64,000 nt of DNA from an uncultured Candidatus Saccharibacteria bacterium (GTDB lineage: Bacteria; Patescibacteriota; Minisyncoccia; Phycocordibacterales; UBA5272), in contig CAZUPO010000001.1 of NCBI GenBank assembly GCA_964621595.1, positions 78,758 to 142,757 of the forward strand. Reading direction: 5' to 3'. How positions within the stretch are numbered: position 1 is the first letter of the stretch; each line of letters begins with the position of its first letter. A program made the translations under genes and the position numbers. Shown here piece by piece: positions 40,898 through 50,021 of the stretch. The notes beneath the pieces were generated by a model. That model saw only the letters and a program-made list of their open reading frames with translations. It made no database searches and was not told the origin of the DNA.

Positions 40898-41578
40898 TTA
40901 CATTGTAAATCGGCCAGACTTCTGATCACGAACAACTCTACCATCTTCCATAGTGATCACCCTTCGACCGAGATTATCAACAATCCCCTTATTGTGGGTT
41001 GTGAGTATCACTGTTGTACCAAGATCATTAATCTTTTTTAAAATCTGAACAATATCGTACGTATTAAGAGGGTCGAGGTTTCCAGTCGGTTCATCAGCGA
41101 TAATAACTTCTGGTCGATTGATGATTGCACGTGCAATCGCCACACGCTGTTGTTCACCGCCGGAGAGCTGGTGAGGGAAGTGATGCATTTTATTTTTCAA
41201 ATCGACGAGATCAAGTACGTGTGGAACATCTTCTGATATTTCATCATCATGGCGACCGGCAGCCTCCATTGCAAATGCCACGTTTTCGTATGCTGTTTTA
41301 TTTGGGATAAGGCGAAAATCTTGGAATACTACCCCGACTTTGCGTCGATAGTTTGTCATATCCTTTCCACGCAACTCATGAATGTTATCAGAATTGAATG
41401 ATACAACGCCCTCTGTTGGCTCTTCTTCAGCCAAAAGCAGTTTAATGAGAGTTGTTTTCCCAGCACCAGAGTGACCGACAATAGAGACAAGCTCCCCTTT
41501 GTTTACAACCAGGGAGACATTGTCGAGAACCTTGTTACCATTTTCGTATTCCTTAGATACTCGGTCAAAGTAAAGCAT
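40898..41578 (-). CDS. ftsE: Cell division ATP-binding protein FtsE
   Basis: [33 protein letters not shown] motifs. Confidence 0.94.
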   Translation of the reverse strand: MLYFDRVSKEYENGNKVLDNVSLVVNKGELVSIVGHSGAGKTTLIKLLLAEEEPTEGVVSFNSDNIHELRGKDMTNYRRKVGVVFQDFRLIPNKTAYENVAFAMEAAGRHDDEISEDVPHVLDLVDLKNKMHHFPHQLSGGEQQRVAIARAIINRPEVIIADEPTGNLDPLNTYDIVQILKKINDLGTTVILTTHNKGIVDNLGRRVITMEDGRVVRDQKSGRFTM

Positions 41579-41629
41579 GAAAATAGTGTACCACACATCT
41601 ATGCTATGTTTGTGAATAAAAATGGTTAA

Positions 41630-41659
41630 CGCCGCGACCCCCTTGCGAGAATCGCGGCG
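41630..41659 (-). terminator. Terminator-like hairpin of the 42190 orphan
   Basis: CGCCGCGATTCTC-GCAA-GGGGGTCGCGGCG on the minus strand. Confidence 0.6.
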
Positions 41660-41701
41660 CATTGCGTAAACGGGCTCCTCCAGTGCCCAAAAAGAGAACT
41701 T

Positions 41702-42190
41702 TTAGATCTTTATCTGCTGATCCCAAGTAGTCGCCCAGAAATTGGGTGACCTCATGGAGTCCAAAAGACCCTGTTGAAGCAACTCGAACACCTTGGATAC
41801 GGCGACGAGTTTGTACTTGCGGCCGGGCACATGAGGATACGGATCGCGTATCACCATGTAGATCACCTTGATCCGCTCCTGGATGGGAACGTCCTCGCCA
41901 GCATGTAGCAAGAGGCAAAGGACATAATCGACGGCGATCCCTTTCCGCTTGATCTCCAATTCGATCCGCGGGTGCACGTATCCCTCCGGGCGATCAACGA
42001 GGAAGGAGTCACTGAGGCCACGCTCTTCTAGTTGCTTGAGCGCATAGCAGAGGAGACTGCTCAGTCCGAGTGAGAAGGTACGGTCGAACTTGCTCAGCAC
42101 CTTATCGCCCATCGGACGACGATTGATCACCTCCACTCCCTCGCCGCCCGAGAAAAATTCCCGCGGGAGGCGTTGATGGTTCATGTACAT
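41702..42190 (-). CDS. Orphan hypothetical protein (GC-rich cassette)
   Basis: 162 aa; GAGGTGA SD; TTGACT-17-TAGTTT promoter at 42246-42274. Confidence 0.7.
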   Translation of the reverse strand: MYMNHQRLPREFFSGGEGVEVINRRPMGDKVLSKFDRTFSLGLSSLLCYALKQLEERGLSDSFLVDRPEGYVHPRIELEIKRKGIAVDYVLCLLLHAGEDVPIQERIKVIYMVIRDPYPHVPGRKYKLVAVSKVFELLQQGLLDSMRSPNFWATTWDQQIKI

Positions 42191-42302
42191 AATTCACCTC
42201 ACGGGGTTACGGGTTGGTGGGAAAAACGAACTACACCTGACTACAAAACTACCCCAACTTGTACGTGAAGTCAACGGCACTGGATACTTACCAGAGAATT
42301 TC

Positions 42303-42336
42303 AAAACGCCGCATCCCCTTGCGGGGGCGCGGCGTT
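42303..42336 (-). terminator. Intrinsic terminator of the 42922 orphan
   Basis: AACGCCGCGCCCCC-GCAA-GGGGATGCGGCGTTTT on the minus strand. Confidence 0.7.
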
Positions 42337-42352
42337 CTTCTGGTCCTGCTGG

Positions 42353-42922
42353 TCAGACTGCGACCGTTTCTTCCCAGTGGAACCAGAACGTCTGTTGCTC
42401 TCTTCCCAATCGCGCAAGGTACGCGAGCACGTGATCGGTGCGACAACCATTAATCGCCTCACGCTCATGTATCGAGAGGCTCCGCGACACCCCGATCACG
42501 GTGTACGGATGGAGGCGCGACTTCTGCGCTGGCGCGGAATCATCGCCCACTCGACGCGGAGGATCTTCGCGAACCAGCGAAAGATAGTGAACGGAGAGAT
42601 GCATGTGGTGATCGGCGTAGAACACGTGATACAACCGATCCACGACATCGCCCCGTACGATCTCCAGGTGAATCTCGTCATAGAACTCGAGATCGTTATA
42701 CCTCCTGGTGATGTACCAGTCCACCTGCTTTTCGATGATCGGGCAGACTTCGCGAGCGATGTGCAACTGGGAGCCATTCATTGAGCGGATGGAAGGGTTG
42801 TTGCTCACGGGTTCAGTGGACGGGTTGCTACCACCCGACGTCGCGTGTGCGCGCTTGAAGAGGCCGGGTCTCACGACATCGATTCCGTCGCGGAGGGTGA
42901 AGAACTCGTTGGGCATAGGCAT
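42353..42922 (-). CDS. Orphan hypothetical protein (GC-rich cassette)
   Basis: AAGGA SD before ATG at 42922; TTGATC-17-TAGTTT promoter at 43022-43050. Confidence 0.7.
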   Translation of the reverse strand: MPMPNEFFTLRDGIDVVRPGLFKRAHATSGGSNPSTEPVSNNPSIRSMNGSQLHIAREVCPIIEKQVDWYITRRYNDLEFYDEIHLEIVRGDVVDRLYHVFYADHHMHLSVHYLSLVREDPPRRVGDDSAPAQKSRLHPYTVIGVSRSLSIHEREAINGCRTDHVLAYLARLGREQQTFWFHWEETVAV

Positions 42923-43058
42923 GGCGGCATCCTTTTCTGGTGTTGACCTAATCGCAACCATTCGCGCAGGATGTGCGAGAGGTGCAATTTGATCAGAGGT
43001 TGGTGGAACTGCTTACTATACAAACTACCAAAAAATAGGCCCAAGATCAAACGACACC

Positions 43059-43937
43059 TTACGCGAGCATGCGCTCTGCCTCGATGAACTCATCAAGTTC
43101 CCCCTTTTCAAGTACAGCCTCTACATTACTTGTTTCCACATCAGTACGGTGATCCTTTACCATTTTGTATGGATGAAGAACATAGGAGCGAATCTGATTC
43201 CCCCACTCGATCTCGGTTGTCTTTGCAACTGATAATCCTTCCAACTCTTTCTTGCGACGATCCTCTTCTAGGGTAAATAATTTTGCTTGTAATACTTCGA
43301 GTGCTTTCTGTTTATTTTGTTCTTGATGTCTCTCTGTTGCGATCGATACTGCTATGTTTGTTGGTATGTGTACTATTCGCACCGCTGTCTCACGTTTGTT
43401 AACATTTTGCCCTCCTGGACCACTGGCACGAGAAGTTTCTACACGTAATTCATCGGGAGGAATAACTTTTCTTTCTTGTGGCGGAATGATGGGCAACACC
43501 TCCACAAGAGCAAATGATGTATGTCGCTTTGCTTGTGCATTAAACGGAGAAATACGTACCAATCTATGTACACCACTTTCTTTTTTTAACATCCCATATA
43601 CACCGCTACCGTGTATCTCTATGGTTACGTTACGATAACCACCGTGATCATTTGTATGTTCATGAAGTATTGAGCGAGTAAACCCTTTGCGTGCACAGAG
43701 TGCTTCGTACATCCGAAGTAGCATCAGGGCAAAGTCCTCGCTATCATCTCCCCCGGCACCTGCCAAGATAGAAAGTACAGCCCCGCCTTTGTCGATAGCA
43801 CTTACCCCATCTCGTTTTTCTTTTAATTGTTTTATTGTTTTTATAACCTCTTGTGCATGATCCTTGTCATTCCAAAAGGAGACCTCGTTCATCTGTGCTT
43901 CAAGTTCCGCAATCTGTTCATCAATCGTTTTATCCAT
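43059..43937 (-). CDS. prfB: Peptide chain release factor 2 (short domain 1)
   Basis: SPF tripeptide (RISPFN), GPGGQNVNK, WGNQIRSYVLHPY. Confidence 0.94.
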   Translation of the reverse strand: MDKTIDEQIAELEAQMNEVSFWNDKDHAQEVIKTIKQLKEKRDGVSAIDKGGAVLSILAGAGGDDSEDFALMLLRMYEALCARKGFTRSILHEHTNDHGGYRNVTIEIHGSGVYGMLKKESGVHRLVRISPFNAQAKRHTSFALVEVLPIIPPQERKVIPPDELRVETSRASGPGGQNVNKRETAVRIVHIPTNIAVSIATERHQEQNKQKALEVLQAKLFTLEEDRRKKELEGLSVAKTTEIEWGNQIRSYVLHPYKMVKDHRTDVETSNVEAVLEKGELDEFIEAERMLA

Positions 43938-44074
43938 GGTAGTTAAGTATTCTACAGTATATCAAATCGTGCTAAGGGGTAGGTTTACCAACAGAATACA
44001 CGTTGCGTATATCGAAACTCTTTGTATACTAAAAACATTCACGAAAATTATTGCATAAGAAGCACGATACACAT

Positions 44075-45091
44075 ATGGTTGCACACACTGCGCGAAAACA
44101 ACTAAAAACATCTGCACAAAAGAAACGTACGTCTTCAAAAACTCGTAAAGGTATTCTCCTTGCTGCTGGCAAAGGTACACGTCTCCATCCGATGACCCTT
44201 GCTGTGAGTAAACAACTGATACCGATCTACGACAAACCAATGATCTACTACCCCCTTTCACTATTCTTGCATGCCGGTGTACGAGACATTCTTCTTATCA
44301 TTGATCCGTCTGACATGCTAACCTACAAAAACATTTTAGGAGACGGGTCACGCTTTGGGGTGAAACTTTCCTACGAAGTACAAATAGAAAAGAAAGGTAT
44401 CGCTGACGCATTTATTATCGCAGAGAAGTTTCTTGATGGATCGCCGTCATGCCTTATCCTGGGTGATAATCTTTTGGTAGGAAAAGATCTTCACAAAACT
44501 CTGGAATCAGCACACAAAGCAAACAAGACTGGTGCTCTTATATTCGGATACAAAGTTCCTGATCCTGAAAGATTTGGAGTTGTGACATTTGATAAAAAAG
44601 GCAAAGTAATATCTCTTGTAGAAAAACCAGAGAACCCAACCTCTCCATATGCTGTAACTGGAATTTATTTCTACGACAACCAAGCACCACGTCTTGCCAA
44701 AAAACTCTCCCCTTCTCCTCGTGGAGAACTAGAAATCACCGATCTAAACAAACTATACCTTGAAGAAGGCAACCTTTCTGTTATCAATTTTCCAGAGCAT
44801 ACAAAATGGTTCGATACTGGTACATACGACACACTTCTAGAGGCTTCCAACTATATTCAACAAGAACAAAAAAGGACCGGGATACCAATCGCACACATTG
44901 AGAGCATTGCATACCACAGAAACTATATTACCAAAGATACACTCACCCAATCAGCAAAGAAATTTTCAAAAACATCTTACGGTGCACACCTACTAGATTT
45001 GTTACAACAAAAAAAGAAGACTTCGAAACACACAACAGTAAAAGTAAAGAAAAAAGTGTCGAAAAATAAAGTTACTAAGAAAAAGAAGTAG
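44075..45091 (+). CDS. rfbA: Glucose-1-phosphate thymidylyltransferase
   Basis: GILLAAGKGTRLHP, SKQLIPIYDKPMIYYP, VEKP, RGELEITD; start uncertain (44051 or 44075). Confidence 0.93.
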   Translation: MVAHTARKQLKTSAQKKRTSSKTRKGILLAAGKGTRLHPMTLAVSKQLIPIYDKPMIYYPLSLFLHAGVRDILLIIDPSDMLTYKNILGDGSRFGVKLSYEVQIEKKGIADAFIIAEKFLDGSPSCLILGDNLLVGKDLHKTLESAHKANKTGALIFGYKVPDPERFGVVTFDKKGKVISLVEKPENPTSPYAVTGIYFYDNQAPRLAKKLSPSPRGELEITDLNKLYLEEGNLSVINFPEHTKWFDTGTYDTLLEASNYIQQEQKRTGIPIAHIESIAYHRNYITKDTLTQSAKKFSKTSYGAHLLDLLQQKKKTSKHTTVKVKKKVSKNKVTKKKK

Positions 45092-45094
45092 AAC

Positions 45095-45116
45095 ACCCCG
45101 GCCTCACGGCCGGGGT
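45095..45116. terminator. Hairpin between convergent rfbA and orphan
   Basis: ACCCCGGCC-TCAC-GGCCGGGGT. Confidence 0.65.
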
Positions 45117-45493
45117 TACTTCTTGCGGGTACGCAAACGTTCCAGGAGCACACGGCCCCAGGCTCGTATTCCCCTCACCTCCTCCCTTTTTTTCCTCTCC
45201 TCTCGAGTTATGACCTTTTCGCGTCCGCGGGACGTTATCTTGAAGACAACGAAACGCCCCTTCTCTCCGGTATAGTTCCTTACCACATCCCCCGAGGTCC
45301 TCAACTCCTCGAGTTCCCGGAGGAACGAGTTGCGTGGCGGTGACAAAACGATGACACTACCGCCATTTCGATCTTCTGCACTATGCTTTTGCGGGGGTCG
45401 TTCTTGTTCATAGTCCGCGATGAGTTCGTCCACGGAAAGACCTTGACCCTCCCTTGCCAGCAAGCGCAGAAGGACGATTTGAATCTGCTTCAT
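45116..45493 (-). CDS. Orphan winged-helix-like protein (GC-rich cassette)
   Basis: LL.LL....LS..EL...L.EL...G.V.R...FKIT.RG pattern; GGGAGG SD; TGGTATGAT -10. Confidence 0.6.
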   Translation of the reverse strand: MKQIQIVLLRLLAREGQGLSVDELIADYEQERPPQKHSAEDRNGGSVIVLSPPRNSFLRELEELRTSGDVVRNYTGEKGRFVVFKITSRGREKVITREERKKREEVRGIRAWGRVLLERLRTRKK

Positions 45494-45602
45494 CTTTGTC
45501 CTCCCAGGATGTACAAGCGAACCTAATCATACCAAAAAATACTAGATTGTCGACCCTTACTTATAAAACAGTTTGTCTTGCTAAAAAGTATCTTTCTCTT
45601 TG

Positions 45603-45675
45603 AGCCAGAGGGCGGGATCGAACCGCCGACCTTTTCGTTACGAGTGAAATGCTCTACCAACTGAGCTACTCTGGC
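45603..45675 (-). tRNA. tRNA-Thr(CGT)
   Basis: GCCAGAG...CTCTGGC acceptor; CTCGTAA anticodon loop; GGTTCGATCC T-arm. Confidence 0.93.
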
Positions 45676-45720
45676 TTTTTATTGTCGTACTATTGTACTA
45701 GTATTTTAATTTCATCACAA

Positions 45721-45746
45721 GAAAAGGCTGCGCAAGCAGCCTTTTC
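45721..45746. terminator. Intrinsic terminator of the 45988 orphan
   Basis: GAAAAGGCTGC-GCAA-GCAGCCTTTTC. Confidence 0.75.
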
Positions 45747-45760
45747 CACGAAGACGAACA

Positions 45761-45988
45761 TCAGTGTTGCGACGCGAAGCGCTGCAATGCCAGCACCTCT
45801 GCAGGCCCGAGATCTCGTGGCGATGCGCCGATATGTTCTGGCGTACCGACATGCAGAGCGTGAATCATCGGAGCGCAGAATCTCTCCACCGCACGCTGAC
45901 ATTCAACGCTGTGCACAGGTGCATCGTTTTTCGGACTGGAGATCCTGCCCGACAGTGACGCCTGTGCAGCAAACATGAAATCTTGCAT
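45761..45988 (-). CDS. Orphan 75-aa protein (GC-rich cassette)
   Basis: GAGGAGG SD, TTGACT-17-TAGAAT promoter (46022-46050) and terminator frame this ORF and none of the overlapping ones. Confidence 0.65.
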   Translation of the reverse strand: MQDFMFAAQASLSGRISSPKNDAPVHSVECQRAVERFCAPMIHALHVGTPEHIGASPRDLGPAEVLALQRFASQH

Positions 45989-46053
45989 GGTGCGACCCTC
46001 CTCAAATCGTGGAATAAGAAGATTCTAGAACCTTGCGCAGTCAAAGTCAATCT

Positions 46054-47178
46054 CTACTGTAAATACTTCTTTCCTTTCAACTTCTCTGGAAGTAGACTTT
46101 CTGTATCATACATTTCGTAATCTTTCCCATACTCCAACTCTTTCATAAGGTTCGTTGGTGCATTGCGAATTTTTAAGGGAACAGGAAGATTACCATACTT
46201 TGCAACATCTGCCTGTGCAGCACGGAGTGCATTGTATGCGCGTCTATCTTTCTTACATTGTGCAAGATATGCGGCGCCATGAGAGAGATTAATAGCACAC
46301 TCTGGATATCCTATGGTCTCAACCGCACGAAATACTTCATTGGCAACAACAAGTGCTGTCGGTTGTGCAAGGCCGACATCTTCACTCGCAAACACCACCA
46401 TTCTTCGTGCAATAAACTTTGGGTCTTCCCCCGCCTCAACCATACGCGCAAGGTAGTAAATAGCAGCATCCGCGTCCCCCGCTCGCATGCTTTTTATAAA
46501 TGCGGAAATAGTATTGTAATGCTCTTCTCCTTTTTTATCATAACGAAGATGTTTTGATTGCAATGCTTCTTTCAGAGAATCAACTGTTACTTTTCCATAG
46601 AGTTCTTGCGCGCCTTCGATGAGAGTAAGAGCAGAGCGTGCGTCACCACTTGATGCTTCGATAACCCACCCCAGGGTATCCTTATTCATTTTTATTTTAG
46701 AGCGCTTGAGTATTGTTTCCATGTCTTTCGGAGAGAGTTCGTGAAGAGTAAACACTCGCGTGCGGGAAAGGAGTGCACTAATGACTTCAAATGATGGATT
46801 CTCTGTTGTCGCGCCAATCAAAATAAGTTCCCCACTCTCAACAAATGGAAGAAGGAAGTCTTGCTGCGATTTATTAAAACGATGAATTTCATCAAGAAAC
46901 AAAATTTTTGGCAACTCACTCGTTTCTTCTACAATCTTTCGTATGTCATCTTTTCCTGCAGAAACCGCGGAGAGTTCGTAATACGTGCCACCAAGGGCTT
47001 GTGCGTAGATGCGTGCAAGAGTAGTCTTCCCTACCCCAGGTGGTCCCCAGAGGATAAAAGAAAATACATGTTTCTTTTCAATGGCAATACGAAGTGGCTT
47101 ACCAACACCCACAAGGTGGTCTTGTCCGACAAAATCATCGAGTATCTCTGGTCTAATGCGTGAGGCAAGTGGTTCCAT
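46054..47178 (-). CDS. rarA: Replication-associated recombination protein A
   Basis: [43 protein letters not shown] motifs. Confidence 0.95.
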   Translation of the reverse strand: MEPLASRIRPEILDDFVGQDHLVGVGKPLRIAIEKKHVFSFILWGPPGVGKTTLARIYAQALGGTYYELSAVSAGKDDIRKIVEETSELPKILFLDEIHRFNKSQQDFLLPFVESGELILIGATTENPSFEVISALLSRTRVFTLHELSPKDMETILKRSKIKMNKDTLGWVIEASSGDARSALTLIEGAQELYGKVTVDSLKEALQSKHLRYDKKGEEHYNTISAFIKSMRAGDADAAIYYLARMVEAGEDPKFIARRMVVFASEDVGLAQPTALVVANEVFRAVETIGYPECAINLSHGAAYLAQCKKDRRAYNALRAAQADVAKYGNLPVPLKIRNAPTNLMKELEYGKDYEMYDTESLLPEKLKGKKYLQ

Positions 47179-47237
47179 AATTAACCTTATAGTAGCATGC
47201 CTAAGAACACGAAATGATTTTGATATACTTACATATA

Positions 47238-47924
47238 ATGCTTGATATTCGAATTTCATCAAGAAATCCTATTATATATAAAGGGTCTTTTAATGGGTCG
47301 CCTGAGAAATTACTATCCTTAATGCGTGATAATGGTTTTATTTGCACACCAACTACAACAGGGAAAATTTCGTTAGTTTCCTACCAGAGAAAATCAGATG
47401 ATTGGAATAGAATTGGTGGTAATTTTTACTTCCACCAAGATGGATCTCACCTCCCCTCAAAACCAGAATTCGTTGCACTATTATGTAAAAATAAAGGAAC
47501 AACACGAACGGTCACCTCCATTACTGATGGAAGAAAAATCTATCAGCATAGTGCTAAAATAGTTGGTAAAAAATTTCTTCACTCTCTCATGGCGGTATAT
47601 ATAGACACACACAAAAAAATGTACACAAGACCACTTGTTGAAAAAGATGAGTATGGCAAGTGCTATTTAAATACGTTCCACTATATAGAACCAAATCTAG
47701 AACTTCTTCATGAGGACGATCGTAAGATTTTCAACCTCAAACTGGCAAAGTTTATTTTGTGTTTTGAGAAGTTGCAAAAGCAATATACTGTCTACTCTCA
47801 TACTTGGAACAATAATGATCTTATTATTTTTAAGAACCGCGCCTTCCATCATGCAAGATTCAACGCAACGAATACAACCGATAAACAGAGATTTCTTTAT
47901 CGAATGTGGTTTACTAAGAAATAA
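47238..47924 (+). CDS. TauD/TfdA-family Fe(II)/2-oxoglutarate dioxygenase-like protein
   Basis: FHQDG...P.F.ALLC and HTW...DL.IF.N...HHAR motifs; AT-rich. Confidence 0.75.
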   Translation: MLDIRISSRNPIIYKGSFNGSPEKLLSLMRDNGFICTPTTTGKISLVSYQRKSDDWNRIGGNFYFHQDGSHLPSKPEFVALLCKNKGTTRTVTSITDGRKIYQHSAKIVGKKFLHSLMAVYIDTHKKMYTRPLVEKDEYGKCYLNTFHYIEPNLELLHEDDRKIFNLKLAKFILCFEKLQKQYTVYSHTWNNNDLIIFKNRAFHHARFNATNTTDKQRFLYRMWFTKK

Positions 47925-47928
47925 TAAC

Positions 47929-48004
47929 TGGAGCCAATGGCCAGGATTGAACCGGCGACCTCTTCCTTACCATGGAAGTGCTCTACCAACTGAGCTACAT
48001 TGGC
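47929..48004 (-). tRNA. tRNA-Thr(GGT)
   Basis: GCCAATG...CATTGGCTCCA acceptor; CTTCC-ATGGTAA-GGAAG anticodon arm. Confidence 0.95.
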
Positions 48005-48076
48005 ACGTTTTTTGTTCGCAAGATTTTTCTAAAAATAGAAAATACATACAAACAAGTACGTACTATTCTAGCAAAT

Positions 48077-48289
48077 TTATCCAACCGAAACAATCTTTGA
48101 CGGACTGTGGTGTCCGCTTACAATACGGACAGACAAGCCTGCATATATCTGGCGAAGAATTTCAATAATTCGTGTATTTGCACGATTGCCCTGTGCTTCT
48201 TCTTGTACCCAAATACGATATTCGTCATCCTTTATCTGCTCCACTTTCTCTTTTTTAGAATCTGGAATGACTTTTACTTTTATGTACAT
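48077..48289 (-). CDS. DUF167 (YggU-like) protein
   Basis: IKVKVIP.S...A..N.AN...I.SG..S..K signature. Confidence 0.85.
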   Translation of the reverse strand: MYIKVKVIPDSKKEKVEQIKDDEYRIWVQEEAQGNRANTRIIEILRQIYAGLSVRIVSGHHSPSKIVSVG

Positions 48290-48320
48290 ACTAGGTGGAA
48301 ACAGAATTACAAACAACCTC

Positions 48321-49019
48321 TTACGAATTATGAGTTTTTTTTCCTATTGTATTCTCTTTCTTTGCTCTGTATTCATCAATAAGTTTGTGATTCCCAGAGA
48401 GAAGCACTTTTGGTACTCGATATTTTTTACCAGCATATTCGTATACCTCTGGGCGACCATACACTTCGTGACTTGCAACACGTTTATCTTCAAGTGAAAC
48501 TGAGTCATGTAGCACGCCCTCTAGTTGACGAGACATCGCATCAATACAAATCATCGCCGGTAACTCTCCTCCAGTGAGAACATACTCACCGATACTCCAC
48601 TCTTCCCCCTTTAATATTTTCTTAACTCGGGCATCTATCCCCTCGTACCTACCACAAATAAAAATTATGTCGGTGTATTTCCTTACTGATGTTTTTGCCA
48701 GCGTGTTAGTGAACCGCTTTCCTCCTGGGCTAAAAATAACGATCTTCCAAGACAGTTTTTCTCCTTTCTTTTTACTTTTTGTCTCTTGTTTCTTTTTAAT
48801 ATCATCAATCGTGCGGAGAATTGGATCGACCCACATGACCATCCCTGGACCACCACCGTACGGACGACCATCGACACGACGATGTTTATCAGTTGTATAT
48901 TCCCGAAGCGGGTATGTAGTGATCGATAAAATATTGTTTTCTATTGCACGTGCAATAATCGACTCATTAAAGTATGAATCGAGCATATTTGGGAAAATGG
49001 TGACCACGTGGAAACGCAT
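48321..49019 (-). CDS. trmD: tRNA (guanine37-N1)-methyltransferase
   Basis: PYGGGPGMV, CGRYEGIDAR, SIGEYVLTGGE motifs. Confidence 0.96.
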   Translation of the reverse strand: MRFHVVTIFPNMLDSYFNESIIARAIENNILSITTYPLREYTTDKHRRVDGRPYGGGPGMVMWVDPILRTIDDIKKKQETKSKKKGEKLSWKIVIFSPGGKRFTNTLAKTSVRKYTDIIFICGRYEGIDARVKKILKGEEWSIGEYVLTGGELPAMICIDAMSRQLEGVLHDSVSLEDKRVASHEVYGRPEVYEYAGKKYRVPKVLLSGNHKLIDEYRAKKENTIGKKTHNS

Positions 49020-49150
49020 AGTTTATACGTGAGATACTATCATACTTATGCAGTAATCGTAAGTAGTGAGATGTACATCTTGTAGCAAAACCTCAGTCAC
49101 AAGGACTGAGATTTTGCATTTAAACTAGAGACACATTAAACGTCGACAAA

Positions 49151-49483
49151 CTATATTCCCTTCAAATCATTCATGACGGCATCAACATCAGTCATATCAT
49201 AACGCGGTGGATAGGATTGAGACCCCTCTTCATAGCGACGACCTTCTGGTTCGTTAATCTTCAAATTTACTCGTGCATTATTCTTCATACCAACAACACG
49301 AAGTAGGGTGCGTAACGCCTTGGCAGTAGCACCATCACGACCAATCACTTTACCCATGTCTTCTCCCGCAACGTCCAGTGTAATGAGTACACCCATCTCA
49401 TCGACTCGTCTATCTACTTTTACTCTGTCGGGATTATCTACTAATGCTTTCACTACATACTCTACGAATTCTTGATCTTTCAT
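49151..49483 (-). CDS. khpA: KH-domain RNA-binding protein
   Basis: LVDNPD.V, DMGKVIGRDG motifs; located after rpsP. Confidence 0.9.
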   Translation of the reverse strand: MKDQEFVEYVVKALVDNPDRVKVDRRVDEMGVLITLDVAGEDMGKVIGRDGATAKALRTLLRVVGMKNNARVNLKINEPEGRRYEEGSQSYPPRYDMTDVDAVMNDLKGI

Positions 49484-49596
49484 ATGGATATTCTTTTTGT
49501 ATTTTGTATACAATGCTAAGTGTAGCAATGGAGACACCATGCAAAAGAAAGTTATTCACATATTACGTTAATAACTAGCAGTACGTACGCAACAAA

Positions 49597-49629
49597 AGAA
49601 AAAACGCGTGGTCTCACGCGTTTTTTCTT
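49597..49629. terminator. Terminator after rpsP
   Basis: AGAAAAAACGCGTG-gtct-CACGCGTTTTTTCT. Confidence 0.75.
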
Positions 49630-49654
49630 CTTATCCTTACAAACTACCCAAAAC

Positions 49655-49954
49655 TTATGCCTTCTTCTCTTCTTTCTTTACTGGAGACTTGCGAGGAAGT
49701 ACGTTAACCTTTTTCCCTTCAATAATTCCCTTAGAGATAAGGAGGTTACGTACAGTTGGGGTAACTTGAGCACCAACTCCAATCCAGTGCTTGACGCGAT
49801 CCTTCTTTGCTTCGAAGGTTCCCATCTTCACATTATACGTACCGATGATTTCATTAAAGGAAGTGGTCTTCGGCTTTAAAATACTTTCTGTAACAATAAG
49901 ACGAAAATGTGGGTCATTTTTTCGGCCAATGCGTTGTAATCTGATTTTTAACAT
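49655..49954 (-). CDS. rpsP: 30S ribosomal protein S16
   Basis: MLKIRLQRIGRKNDP.FR...GAQ.T.TV..L. Confidence 0.95.
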   Translation of the reverse strand: MLKIRLQRIGRKNDPHFRLIVTESILKPKTTSFNEIIGTYNVKMGTFEAKKDRVKHWIGVGAQVTPTVRNLLISKGIIEGKKVNVLPRKSPVKKEEKKA

Positions 49955-50021
49955 GGGGTATATTTTACCATAAACCACCAGAAAAGAAAAGCCCCCACCA
50001 GAAACCTTCTTGGGCTTAGTT

